Of a stretch of DNA of 64,000 bases, positions 12,050 through 22,839 are shown piece after piece (the stretch's first letter is position 1; each line of letters starts with the position of its first letter). The DNA is from Squalus acanthias (Eukaryota). A program made the position numbers and the translations under genes. The DNA lies in assembly GCA_030390025.1 (NCBI GenBank), contig CM059432.1, positions 60,576,001 through 60,640,000 of the forward strand, given 5' to 3'. Below the pieces are notes generated by a model. That model saw nothing but the letters and a program-made list of their open reading frames with translations. It made no database searches and had not been told where the DNA came from.

Positions 12050-13240
12050 AATTTCAAAAAGCATCAAAAGGAACAGTAAAATATTTTACAATTATATCAG
12101 TAAAAAAGAATTGATAAAAGCGAGAGGATGATGATCAGAAAATGGCAGAGGTATTTAATAAGTACTTTATATTGGTCTTCACTAAAGAAAAAGATATGAG
12201 AATGGAGGTGAATCCTGAAGTGATTGAGCACAAGATAAGCGATATTATGATGGATAAAAGGAAAATTTTAGATGTTAGGCTAAAGGAAGACAAAGCACCA
12301 GGGCCTGACAGGATACATCCGAGGATCCTTAGGAGAGGAGGGGGGGAAGTTGCAGGGCTCATAGAAATTCTGTTTCAGGGCTCTATTGTATATGGATGTG
12401 TGCCAGAGGACTGGAGAGTGACTGGAGAGTATCCATTTTTAAAACAGGAGACAGAGCTAATCTGGATAATTACAGGCCAGTTAGCATAGCATTTGTGGTA
12501 GTGAAAATTAATACAGTCATTGAGGTTGAAGTTACAGGAAACTCTTTATTAACCGGCACCGACGGGACCGGTGTGGTGCCGGTTTATCAAAAGTACCGGA
12601 TAACGGAGAGTTATATCTACCGAGGCTATTTTTAACAAAGAAAAATAAATAAATCAAGAAATGAGCAGTATACTTCGGACAGCGCCAGGAGGCCGAGTAG
12701 TGGCACTTTTGAAAACTACCCCTACTGACTAAATTGGCGTTCTCAGACTCGGACTCGGGATCGGCAACATTGCCGGTTATTTGAGAGGAGTTTTCGGAGT
12801 ACTCGGCGTTCGCGGAGACTCGACTGCGACTCGGCAACATTGCCGGTTATTTGAGAGGAGTTTTCGGAGGATGATTTTTGCCGGTTAAGCGAGAATTCCG
12901 GATATTTGGGTGCCGGATAAACAAAAGTTTCCTGTACCATGTTTCCAAAAGAAAATAGTTAGAAATAGTCATCACAGATTTTGAAAGGAATGATTGTTCT
13001 TGGCAAGCCTATTTAGTTCTTTGTGGAGGTAAATGACATGGTAGATGAGGAAATGCAATGGACGGTAGTGCACATGGAACTGAGGAAAGCCTTTGACAAG
13101 GTATCACACAGGTGATTACTAGAGAAGATTAAGGAATATGGAATTAAGGGGAGGCTAGCAAACTAGGTTAAAATGAATTGGAACAGAGAAAACAGAGTAG
13201 GGATTAAGGGCAGTTTTTCAGAATGGTTTGAAGTGGGTTG
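12050..13240 (+). mobile_element. Old CR1 ORF2 fragment interrupted by a MITE
   Basis: MAEVFNKYF...KAPGPDRIHPRIL and KAFDKV-like segments; similar to 40780-41400. Confidence 0.75.
12535..12934. mobile_element. Tc1/mariner-pogo (Tigger-like) MITE
   Basis: TA TSD on both sides; imperfect TIR caggaaactctttattaaccggcacc / ggtgccggataaacaaaagtttcctg; internal 39-bp direct repeat at 12761-12799 / 12831-12869. Confidence 0.85.
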
Positions 13241-13904
13241 AGGTGCTGTTTTGTTGTAACAAGTCGCTTGACCACTATTGTAAGTCGCATCATGTGGCTT
13301 TAAAAGGTAGATCCAGGGTAAATAAATTCTAATTTAGATGTTCATTCCTTCACAAACATTTTTTTAAAATTAGATAATATTTTGGAACAATCAAAGATAA
13401 TGCTGTATTTTAAAACCCAGCTAAATTGCGGCTAGTCTTTCTTCAGACTTGTACTTCCCAGTGGCCTATACACTGAGCAGCACTTTACTTTTCTTCTTTG
13501 TTGCAATAGCTGGAAGGAGAGAACAACAAAATGAACTATGGCTATTTTTGGATGATAATGTGCTACTCCTGTCCTTGGATTGAGAATACTCATGTTTCTC
13601 ATACAGTGAGACTGGTATCATTTTGACTGCTAATTATACAGTAATAGTATAATATACTGTACAGAACACCAAATTTGTTTAACTTATCTGCAAGAACTGA
13701 TACCATGTTTGAGACACACCTGCTTTCAGTATAGTCTATTGTGGTCTCAATAGGATGTTCCTTTTTTGTCTGTTTTAAAATAAGTTAACCTGCCTTTTCA
13801 ATTGTGAAATTTGAGATTCCTTTTCATCAATGTGAATTTAAGAAATTTGGACATCAAGCTTTCCTTGCTCTCATGTTGTCTGCATGCATATTTATTTCTC
13901 CCAG

Positions 13905-13987
13905 GTCCTGGAAAAACATCCTAACACGCCAATGACACCAAAGCAGATATTACAAGTCATTCAGAAAGAGGGCTTGAAAGAAATGAG
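13905..13987 (+). CDS. ASXL3: ASXL3-like coding exon (equivalent to exon 2), HARE-HTH domain: [27 protein letters not shown] + AG
   Basis: 83-nt exon with polypyrimidine tract and cag acceptor (13902-13904) and gtcagt donor. The peptide matches the ASXL N-terminus (human ASXL3 as recalled: [27 protein letters not shown]). It ends in phase 2, compatible with the exon at 43021. Confidence 0.93.
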
Positions 13988-14189
13988 GTCAGTAGACAGC
14001 AATGCAGCATAATTTGGGGCATTTGTTAACTTCTAAACATGGAATTTGTTACTCAAGTCTATTTTGACTTTGTAGAGATTTTCAGTCCAGTTTTTTAAAT
14101 CATATTTCTTGTGATTCTGTCAATTCAGATGACAAATTAGGATTCATTTCATTATTGTGTCCCTCACACCCTATTTATATTAACACCCT

Positions 14190-14661
14190 GCCTCTGCCTC
14201 CTAACTCGCACCAAGTCCCGTTCGCCCATCACCCCTGTGCTCGCTGACCTACATTGGCTCCCGGTTAAGCAGCGCCTCGATTTCAAAATTCTCATCCTTG
14301 TTTTCCAATCCCTCCATAGCCTCGCCCCTCCCTATCTCTGTAATTTCCTTCAGCCCCACAACCCCCTGAGATATCTGCGCTCTTGAGGATCCCTGATTAT
14401 AATCGCTCAACCTTTTGTGGCCGGGCCTTCTGTTGCCTAAGCTCTGGAATTCCCTGCCTAAACCTCTCCGCCTCGCTACCTCTCTTTCCTCCTTTAAGAC
14501 GCTCCTTAAAACCTACCTCTTTGACCAAGCTTTTGGTCACCTGCCCTAATTTATCCTTATGTGGATCGGTGTCAAATTTTTTGTCGTAAAATACTCCTGT
14601 GCAGCGCCTTGGGACGTTTTACTACATTAAAGGCGCTATATAAATACAAGTTGTTGTTGTT
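14190..14661 (+). mobile_element. L2 LINE 3' end
   Basis: Near-identical to 36470-36950; ends in aaggcgctatataaatacaag(ttg)n. Confidence 0.9.
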
Positions 14662-15269
14662 GCATATAATTCCAGTTTTGTCCTAGTTCTACGGGATGAT
14701 TGTCAGCGATCATAGATCTGCTAGAATGTATTTTACTTTGCAAAGGTGGTTACATTGTCTTCTGGAAACTAATTGCATCAAAATATGAAGTGCTCATAGT
14801 TTCACATGAAAGTATAAACAAACATTTGTTACATAATGGGCAGGCTAGTAGGCCTATCTATATTCCGACCTCTTATCAGTACATCACTAATGTATAATAA
14901 ATACATATTTTGTTATGCTAGTCTGGGTCAAGTAAGGTTGCTTAGAGAAGCCCAATTAGATAAATTGCTCCTGATTTTACCTGACAACTGGCAGAGCTCA
15001 AAAATGTATTTCATTTTTCTACTTCGCAAACATGTGGTCTATTGATTCCACCCCCCGCCTCCCCAATAGATTCTGAGTCTCTGCTTCCCAAAATATTCTT
15101 TGGCCCAAAGATAAGTCCAGCACCTGTGTTGAAATTGTTTCCAATATATTTAGTTAGAATGTTTTCCTAACTCCTGAGCTCAAAAATGATCATTTTAACA
15201 AATCAGAAGTTTGTGGTAAAAAAAAAAATCATGAGATTTTAAGTTCATTACATGACTTTACCAAGATGA

Positions 15270-15600
15270 CACCATGGATGAAGAGTTATAGTTATGAAGA
15301 GAGACTTGAAAAGTTAGGATTTTTTTTCCACTGGAGCTGAGAATGTTAAGGAGAGATCAGATAGAAAGAAGTCTTTAAGATTATGAAGGGTTATGATAAG
15401 ATAAATAGTGATGGATAGTTTCCACTGGTTGGTGAGATGGTAACGAGGGCACAAATTTAAGACAATCACAAAAAAATTAGGAAGTGGCGATTACAAAAAA
15501 TTCTTTACACAAAGGTGGTTAGACTTTGGAATTCTCTTCCACAAACCAAGGCTGAAACAGAATCCATAAGCTCGTTTGAAAGGGAATTAAATAGTTGATT
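15270..15600 (+). mobile_element. Old CR1 3' fragment
   Basis: Degenerate SYEERL...FFTQRVV-like segment. Confidence 0.6.
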
Positions 15601-15605
15601 GAATA

Positions 15606-15896
15606 AAGAAAGACTTGCATTTATATTAAGCCTTTCACGACCTCTGGGTATCCCAAAACACTTTACAGCCAATGAAGCACTTATGAAGTGTAGTCACTGT
15701 TGTAATCTAGGAAAAGCAGCAGCCAATTTGTACACAGCAAGCTCCCACAAATAGCAATTAGATATTGACCAGATAATCTGTTTTAGTGATGTTGGTTGAG
15801 GGATAAATATTGGCCAGATTTTGTGCTCAAGGCTCTGGAGTAGGACTTGAACCCACAATCTTCTGACTCAGGTGAGAGTGCTATCAACTGAGTCAT
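15606..15896 (-). mobile_element. DeuSINE-type SINE with internal deletion
   Basis: Reverse complement of both the tRNA-like head and the tail of 58499-58942. Confidence 0.8.
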
Positions 15897-16599
15897 AGAA
15901 AAAGAGCAACATTAAAGGATGTAGGGAGTGAGTGGGATTAGAGTAGGTGTCTCACGGAGAAAATCTGGCACAAATTTGATTTTGTTTTGAAGCCAGCTTT
16001 TATGTATTTTTGATTTTATTTTAGGTTTTCCAATTATGATAGGGTTTGAAGGAGTTTACTTGGTCAGCAAGACTGAAAGGAGGGAGAAAAAGGATGAGAG
16101 AGAATTCACCAGAGACATCAAAGAGAGAAGACTACAGAGAAGGGGCAGGGAGATAGAGGAAAAAGCTGCAGAGAACTGCTCATTTTGTCTGCTATGCTAC
16201 ACACCTACTTAGACAAAGGGAATCCAGACGTATAACTTGGGGTAAATAAGAATGACCCCGAGGTTCTGTTTATGATCTCTTCTTGTGAGAAAAGAACTGG
16301 CCTCAATTAGATGCTTTCCCATCATTGCACACTTGTTATATGCAGTTTTTGTTCAACATTTTTGTTAATAACCTAGAGGAAGGCTTAAATGTAAAAATCC
16401 TCAAATTTCTAGAGGATACAAAATGTATGAGAGAGTTAGTAATTCAAAAGAAATCACTCGTTTTTGCAGACTGCTTTACATAAGTTATGTGAATGGGCCC
16501 ATGTGTGGCTGATGTTATTTAATGCCAACAAGTGCAGGATCTTGCCCATGGGGTTAGTAAACTCTAGGCATGCCTATACCATGCAAGGGTTACCTGTTA

Positions 16600-17180
16600 A
16601 AGGAAAGGGATCAGGAAAGTAGTTTAGCACTCTTTAAAGGTGCTCATAAAGTGTGAGGTTGCTGTAGAAAAAACAAAAGGATTTTAGGTCATTTGGTAGG
16701 ACCATTAACCAAAATAGTGAGTACTTTACATTTTTTTTTTCATTCCTGGGATGCTTAATCTATATAAAACTGTTAAGAGTATTGTGTCCAGTTTTGATCC
16801 CCACACATGGTGAAGGATATTGATGCTTTGGAAGAGGAGAGCGAACAGGATGATACCAATTCATAGAGCTTTTATTTATAAGGTTAGGCTCCAAGATTTA
16901 GGATTATTTATTTTGAAGTAATGTAAGCTAATAGGGGATATGATTAAAAATGTTTAAATAATGAAGGGATTGGATGTGGTCTTAATGGATAGGTTATTTG
17001 AAATGGGTAGGGATGGGAAGACATGGCCATGCCTATAAAATTCGTAAGCAAAGTTAGATGCCAGGAAGTACTTATTTTCGCAGAAAGTCACTGCTTTCTG
17101 AAACAAACTGATAAGATGTGAGTATGGAATCACTACAGTTCTTTTTAAAAGGAACTTGACAAGTTCCTGAGAGAAGAGAA
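16600..17180 (+). mobile_element. Old CR1 3' fragment
   Basis: Degenerate EYCVQF..PH and GDMI..FKIMKGLD-like segments. Confidence 0.55.
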
Positions 17181-17521
17181 CGGCCTAGAAATTGGATAAG
17201 GCCCAAAAACGGACGTGGGCATTGCGCAACGCCATGTGCCCGTGCCCGTTCAAAGTGGTGCAGGCAGCATGCAAAATTCATGCTGCCTGCTCATTATAAT
17301 GATTGCAGCACTGATCTCAGTGCTAAACGCGCTGCTGATTGTCTTAGCGCTGAACAGGGGGGCCAATATCGGGTGCAGTCTTATGGCCAATAAAGTTTGG
17401 CTTAGGCTCTCTGCACTACTTAAAGAGGAGGTGCTTTGTTGCAGAAGCACCTCATTGTCATTGTGAACAGAATTGAGAGGTCGCACAACACCAGGTTATA
17501 GTCCAACAGTTTTATTTGAAA

Positions 17522-17559
17522 TCACAAGCTTTCGGAACTATCGCTCCTTCCTCAGGTGA
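17522..17559 (-). ncRNA. Minimal hammerhead ribozyme motif (mirror copy)
   Basis: Exact reverse complement of 21492-21529. Confidence 0.8.
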
Positions 17560-17896
17560 AGTAAATTGGATACAGAATCGTCAGAGCATATATAGATGGA
17601 AAAAAAAGCATGTGTACTTTACAATTGCAGACCAATAAATTAAATCATCCTGACTATCTGCCGAGGTGTGATAAAGTTAATTAAGTCAGCCAGGAAGGTA
17701 CCACATCAAAAGACATAGCAAGATACAACTGAGACAATGAGGTGAAGTCGCAGGGGTTCTAACGTGTCAAAAGCTGCCGTCTGTATGTAAAACGAAAAGC
17801 TTTAAAAAAAAAAAATTTACTTTTTTACTGGGAAAATTTTTACTTTTTTACTGGGAATCACATCTGTGAACAAGCTAACGACGACTCGAGTCCGGA

Positions 17897-19525
17897 TCAC
17901 GTCATGTATCGTGACATAAACCCAAGATCCCGATTGAGACCGTCTTCATGAGTGCAGAACTTGGCTATCAGTTTCTGCTCGATGATTTTGCGTTGTCGTG
18001 TGTTTCTAAGGTTGCCTTGGAGAACGCTTACCCGCAGATCCGAGGCTGAATGTCCTTGACTGCTGAAGTGTTCCCCGACTGGGAGGTAACAATCCTGCCT
18101 GGCGATTGTTGCGCGGTGCTCGTTCATACGTTGTCTCAGTGTCTGCATGGTCTCGCCGATGTACCATGCCGCGGTGCATTCTTTCCTGCAACGTATGAGG
18201 TAGACAACGTTGGCCGAGTCACATGAGTATGTACCATGTACCTGGTGGGTAGTGTCCTCACGTGTGATGGTGGTATCTGTGTTGATGATCTGGCATGTCT
18301 TGCAGAGTTTGCCATGGCAGGGTTGTGTGGTGTCGTGGTCGCTGTTATCCTGAAAGCTGGGTAATTTGCTGCGAACGATGGTACTTCTGAGGTTAGGCGG
18401 CTGTTTGAAGGCAAGTAGTGGAGGCGTGGGGATGGCCTTAGCGAGGTGTTTGTCGTCATCGATGACATGTTGAAGGCTGCGAAGAACATGTCGTAGTTTC
18501 TCCGCTCCGGGGAAGTACTGGACGACGTAGGGTACCCTGTTGGTTGTGTCCCGTGTTTGCCTTCTGAGGAGGTCTATGCGATTTTTCGCTGTGGCCCGTC
18601 GGAACTGTCGATCGATGAGTCGAGCGTCATATCCCGTTCTTACGAGGGCGTTTTTCAGCGTCCGTAGGTGTCCATCGCGTTCCTCCTCGTCTGAGCAGAT
18701 CCTGTGTATTCGCAGGGCTTGTCCATAGGGGATGGCTTCTTTAACATGGTTAGGGTGGAAGCTGGAGAAGTGGAGCATCGTGAGGTTGTCCGTGGGCTTG
18801 CGGTAGAGTGAAGTGCTGAGGTGTCCGTCTTTGATGGAGATTCGTGTGTCCAGGAATGAGACCGATTCTGAGGAGTAGTCCATGGTGAGTTTGATGGTGG
18901 GATGGAACTTGTTTATGTTATCGTGTAGTCTTTTCAGTGATCCTTCGCCATGGGTCCAAAGGAAGAAAATGTCGTCGATGTATCTGGTGTACAGCGTTGG
19001 CTGGAGGTCCTGTGCAGCGAAGAAGTCTTGCTCGAACTTGTGCATGAAGATGTTGGCGTATTGGGGTGCGAATTTGGTCCCCATGGCTGTTCCGTGTGTT
19101 TGGGTAAAAAAATGGTTGTCGAAGGTGAAGACATTGTGGTCAAGGATGAAGCGGATGAGTTGTAGGATGGCGTCTGGAGATTGGCTGTTGTTGATGTTGA
19201 GTACTGAGGCTGTTGCAGCGATGCCGTCATCGTGGGGGATACTGGTGTAGAGTGCCGATACGTCCATCGTGGCAAGGAGTGTTCCTGGTTCAACTGGTCC
19301 GTGGGTGCTGAGTTTCTGTAAGAAGTCTGTAGTGTCGCGACAGAAGCTGGGGGTTCCCTGTACGATGGGTTTCAGAATGCCCTCGACGTATCCAGAGAGG
19401 TTCTCACACAGGGTTCCATTGCCTGATACGATAGGACGTCCGGGTGTGTTGGCTTTGTGTATCTTTGGGAGGCAGTAGAAGTCTCCCACGCGGGGAGTAC
19501 GTGGGATGAGAGCGCGTAGGATGTT
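17897..19525 (-). CDS. Mirror copy of the PLE RT/GIY-YIG ORF, 5'-truncated
   Basis: Identical translation except one residue (LKNAL vs LKDAL; nt 18652 vs 20399). Confidence 0.93.
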   Translation of the reverse strand, partial: NILRALIPRTPRVGDFYCLPKIHKANTPGRPIVSGNGTLCENLSGYVEGILKPIVQGTPSFCRDTTDFLQKLSTHGPVEPGTLLATMDVSALYTSIPHDDGIAATASVLNINNSQSPDAILQLIRFILDHNVFTFDNHFFTQTHGTAMGTKFAPQYANIFMHKFEQDFFAAQDLQPTLYTRYIDDIFFLWTHGEGSLKRLHDNINKFHPTIKLTMDYSSESVSFLDTRISIKDGHLSTSLYRKPTDNLTMLHFSSFHPNHVKEAIPYGQALRIHRICSDEEERDGHLRTLKNALVRTGYDARLIDRQFRRATAKNRIDLLRRQTRDTTNRVPYVVQYFPGAEKLRHVLRSLQHVIDDDKHLAKAIPTPPLLAFKQPPNLRSTIVRSKLPSFQDNSDHDTTQPCHGKLCKTCQIINTDTTITREDTTHQVHGTYSCDSANVVYLIRCRKECTAAWYIGETMQTLRQRMNEHRATIARQDCYLPVGEHFSSQGHSASDLRVSVLQGNLRNTRQRKIIEQKLIAKFCTHEDGLNRDLGFMSRYMT

Positions 19526-21154
19526 AACATCCTACGCGCTCTCATCCCACGTACTCCCCGCGTGGGAGACTTCTACTGCCTCCCAAAGATACACAAAGCC
19601 AACACACCCGGACGTCCTATCGTATCAGGCAATGGAACCCTGTGTGAGAACCTCTCTGGATACGTCGAGGGCATTCTGAAACCCATCGTACAGGGAACCC
19701 CCAGCTTCTGTCGCGACACTACAGACTTCTTACAGAAACTCAGCACCCACGGACCAGTTGAACCAGGAACACTCCTTGCCACGATGGACGTATCGGCACT
19801 CTACACCAGTATCCCCCACGATGACGGCATCGCTGCAACAGCCTCAGTACTCAACATCAACAACAGCCAATCTCCAGACGCCATCCTACAACTCATCCGC
19901 TTCATCCTTGACCACAATGTCTTCACCTTCGACAACCATTTTTTTACCCAAACACACGGAACAGCCATGGGGACCAAATTCGCACCCCAATACGCCAACA
20001 TCTTCATGCACAAGTTCGAGCAAGACTTCTTCGCTGCACAGGACCTCCAGCCAACGCTGTACACCAGATACATCGACGACATTTTCTTCCTTTGGACCCA
20101 TGGCGAAGGATCACTGAAAAGACTACACGATAACATAAACAAGTTCCATCCCACCATCAAACTCACCATGGACTACTCCTCAGAATCGGTCTCATTCCTG
20201 GACACACGAATCTCCATCAAAGACGGACACCTCAGCACTTCACTCTACCGCAAGCCCACGGACAACCTCACGATGCTCCACTTCTCCAGCTTCCACCCTA
20301 ACCATGTTAAAGAAGCCATCCCCTATGGACAAGCCCTGCGAATACACAGGATCTGCTCAGACGAGGAGGAACGCGATGGACACCTACGGACGCTGAAAGA
20401 CGCCCTCGTAAGAACGGGATATGACGCTCGACTCATCGATCGACAGTTCCGACGGGCCACAGCGAAAAATCGCATAGACCTCCTCAGAAGGCAAACACGG
20501 GACACAACCAACAGGGTACCCTACGTCGTCCAGTACTTCCCCGGAGCGGAGAAACTACGACATGTTCTTCGCAGCCTTCAACATGTCATCGATGACGACA
20601 AACACCTCGCTAAGGCCATCCCCACGCCTCCACTACTTGCCTTCAAACAGCCGCCTAACCTCAGAAGTACCATCGTTCGCAGCAAATTACCCAGCTTTCA
20701 GGATAACAGCGACCACGACACCACACAACCCTGCCATGGCAAACTCTGCAAGACATGCCAGATCATCAACACAGATACCACCATCACACGTGAGGACACT
20801 ACCCACCAGGTACATGGTACATACTCATGTGACTCGGCCAACGTTGTCTACCTCATACGTTGCAGGAAAGAATGCACCGCGGCATGGTACATCGGCGAGA
20901 CCATGCAGACACTGAGACAACGTATGAACGAGCACCGCGCAACAATCGCCAGGCAGGATTGTTACCTCCCAGTCGGGGAACACTTCAGCAGTCAAGGACA
21001 TTCAGCCTCGGATCTGCGGGTAAGCGTTCTCCAAGGCAACCTTAGAAACACACGACAACGCAAAATCATCGAGCAGAAACTGATAGCCAAGTTCTGCACT
21101 CATGAAGACGGTCTCAATCGGGATCTTGGGTTTATGTCACGATACATGACGTGA
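19526..21154 (+). CDS. PLE reverse transcriptase + GIY-YIG endonuclease, open frame, 5'-truncated (no native start)
   Basis: FYCLPKIHK, RPIVS, MDVSALYTSI, GTAMGT, RYIDDIF, FLD, YRKPT; Cys linker CHGKLCKTC; NVVYLIRC...WYIGET...RMNEH...E...GLN. Confidence 0.93.
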   Translation, partial: NILRALIPRTPRVGDFYCLPKIHKANTPGRPIVSGNGTLCENLSGYVEGILKPIVQGTPSFCRDTTDFLQKLSTHGPVEPGTLLATMDVSALYTSIPHDDGIAATASVLNINNSQSPDAILQLIRFILDHNVFTFDNHFFTQTHGTAMGTKFAPQYANIFMHKFEQDFFAAQDLQPTLYTRYIDDIFFLWTHGEGSLKRLHDNINKFHPTIKLTMDYSSESVSFLDTRISIKDGHLSTSLYRKPTDNLTMLHFSSFHPNHVKEAIPYGQALRIHRICSDEEERDGHLRTLKDALVRTGYDARLIDRQFRRATAKNRIDLLRRQTRDTTNRVPYVVQYFPGAEKLRHVLRSLQHVIDDDKHLAKAIPTPPLLAFKQPPNLRSTIVRSKLPSFQDNSDHDTTQPCHGKLCKTCQIINTDTTITREDTTHQVHGTYSCDSANVVYLIRCRKECTAAWYIGETMQTLRQRMNEHRATIARQDCYLPVGEHFSSQGHSASDLRVSVLQGNLRNTRQRKIIEQKLIAKFCTHEDGLNRDLGFMSRYMT

Positions 21155-21491
21155 TCCGGACTCGAGTCGTCGTTAGCTTGTTCACAGATGTGATTCCCAG
21201 TAAAAAAGTAAAAATTTTCCCAGTAAAAAAGTAAATTTTTTTTTTTTAAAGCTTTTCGTTTTACATACAGACGGCAGCTTTTGACACGTTAGAACCCCTG
21301 CGACTTCACCTCATTGTCTCAGTTGTATCTTGCTATGTCTTTTGATGTGGTACCTTCCTGGCTGACTTAATTAACTTTATCACACCTCGGCAGATAGTCA
21401 GGATGATTTAATTTATTGGTCTGCAATTGTAAAGTACACATGCTTTTTTTTCCATCTATATATGCTCTGACGATTCTGTATCCAATTTACT

Positions 21492-21529
21492 TCACCTGAG
21501 GAAGGAGCGATAGTTCCGAAAGCTTGTGA
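21492..21529 (+). ncRNA. Minimal type I hammerhead ribozyme motif in the PLE 3' region
   Basis: TCAC-CTGAGGA-A-[GGAGC gata GTTCC]-GAAA-GC-T-T|GTGA. Conserved CUGANGA/GAAA core, 5-bp stem II, palindromic AAGCTT in place of helix III, stem I TCAC/GTGA. Confidence 0.8.
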
Positions 21530-21628
21530 TTTCAAATAAAACTGTTGGACTATAACCTGGTGTTGTGCGACCTCTCAATTTTGTCCACCCCAGTCCAACA
21601 CCGGCATCTCCGCATTGTGAACAGAGCC

Positions 21629-21867
21629 ATGGCCCATAAGCCAAGAGAGAGGGTGAGGAGATTTTCGGATGCTGCACTGGAGGCCTTGGTCCTGGGGGTT
21701 CAAATACACCATCAGGTGCTCTACCCGCAGGGGGACAAGAGGCCTTTAAGGTTGAACAACAGAAGGTTGTGGGAGGAGATCGCTCAAGCCGTCACTGCGC
21801 GAGTGTTGTCCCCAGAACCTGGATCCAGTGCCGCAAAAAGTTTAATGACATCACACGAGTGGTCAAG
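21629..21867 (+). pseudogene. Harbinger Myb/SANT-like DNA-binding protein, exon 1, frameshifted
   Basis: MAHKPRERVRRFSDAALEALV...LWEEIAQAV / PRTWIQCRKKFND followed by a gtgagt donor. Confidence 0.8.
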
Positions 21868-22839
21868 GTGAGTGAATGCATCTTCAAATGCCATATCTCA
21901 CCAACTGCACCACTAGCCTCACACACTGCTCAATGCACCACACCCCCATCACTCACCTACCAACAATCTCGAGCAATCATCACTCATACCTCACAATCAT
22001 AGCTTCACATCACCGTCACACACTTACCACTGCTGCAAGACTCACTCCCACATCTCAGACACACTGCCAGCTATTCAACCATGGAAGGCACATCACCCAA
22101 ACACATTGCACCACACTCACTGACACACTTCCGTTTCTCTCATGATGCTGCGTGTGATGGGCGATATCGCAGCTTCCATTGCAGCACAGGCGGAAGTGAC
22201 CCAATGTCTCAGTGCTGCAGTGGAATCTCAGACTGCTGCCATCGTGGTTGGGTTTACGAGTGTCGAAAAGGGCTTGCGGGGTCTCGCAGCACCCCAGCGA
22301 TCTGTCCCCCAACAGATGGCTAGGAATGTTGAGGCACTGCCCCAGGGGAGTGGCAGTGGCTCAGTAGAGCAAGAATCTGCTGTCCTTTCTCAGGATAACA
22401 GCGTTCGTACTCCCAGCACTGTCACTCCACCAGTGCCCTGACTGCTGCCTCTCATCCAGCCAGCCCAGACTGTTGCCACCCGTGCCGAGGTGATGCAGTC
22501 TACAGCCGGGCCTTCTAGGTCCAGAGCTGCTCGAGGTCATCCTGCACGGCCATCTGCAGTCTCCCACACTGAAAGTCAGCAGCCTTCCACCAGCCATGCT
22601 GCAGCCACTGGGAGAGCACTTCATAGGAGCACTAGAGTAGGAAAAGGTACATGAAAGACAGACATTAAGGGAATGCACAAGGGGGATTAGTTGACTTTGA
22701 TCTTTTGATTTGCATTTGATAACTTTATAAATTATGTTTGGAATGTTTGTTTTGTGGTAGCTTTCATTTCAGCTTTGTGCCTAGGAGGACACTGTGATGG
22801 TAAGATGGGGAAGTGGTGTGCAACGGGGATTTGGGGTTT

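Larger units (their letters stand above)
17471..21615. mobile_element. Palindromic head-to-head Penelope-like element (GIY-YIG, Neptune-like)
   Basis: Arms 17471-19525 and 19526-21580 are reverse complements (coordinates sum to 39051 throughout), centred on gtt|aac. Extra tail at 21581-21615; TSD cattgtgaacaga (17459-17471 / 21613-21625). Confidence 0.97.

Noticed and set aside
19562..21154. 530-aa ORF as a complete autonomous PLE gene or a domesticated host gene
   Set aside because: The listed start is GTG within a frame that is open back to the palindrome centre. The N-terminus and promoter are missing, so it is a 5'-truncated retrocopy.
17471..21580. Palindrome as a pure assembly artefact
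   Set aside because: Disfavoured but not excluded. A TSD, the one-sided tail, one inter-arm mismatch and an independent mini-copy with the same architecture all argue that it is real.
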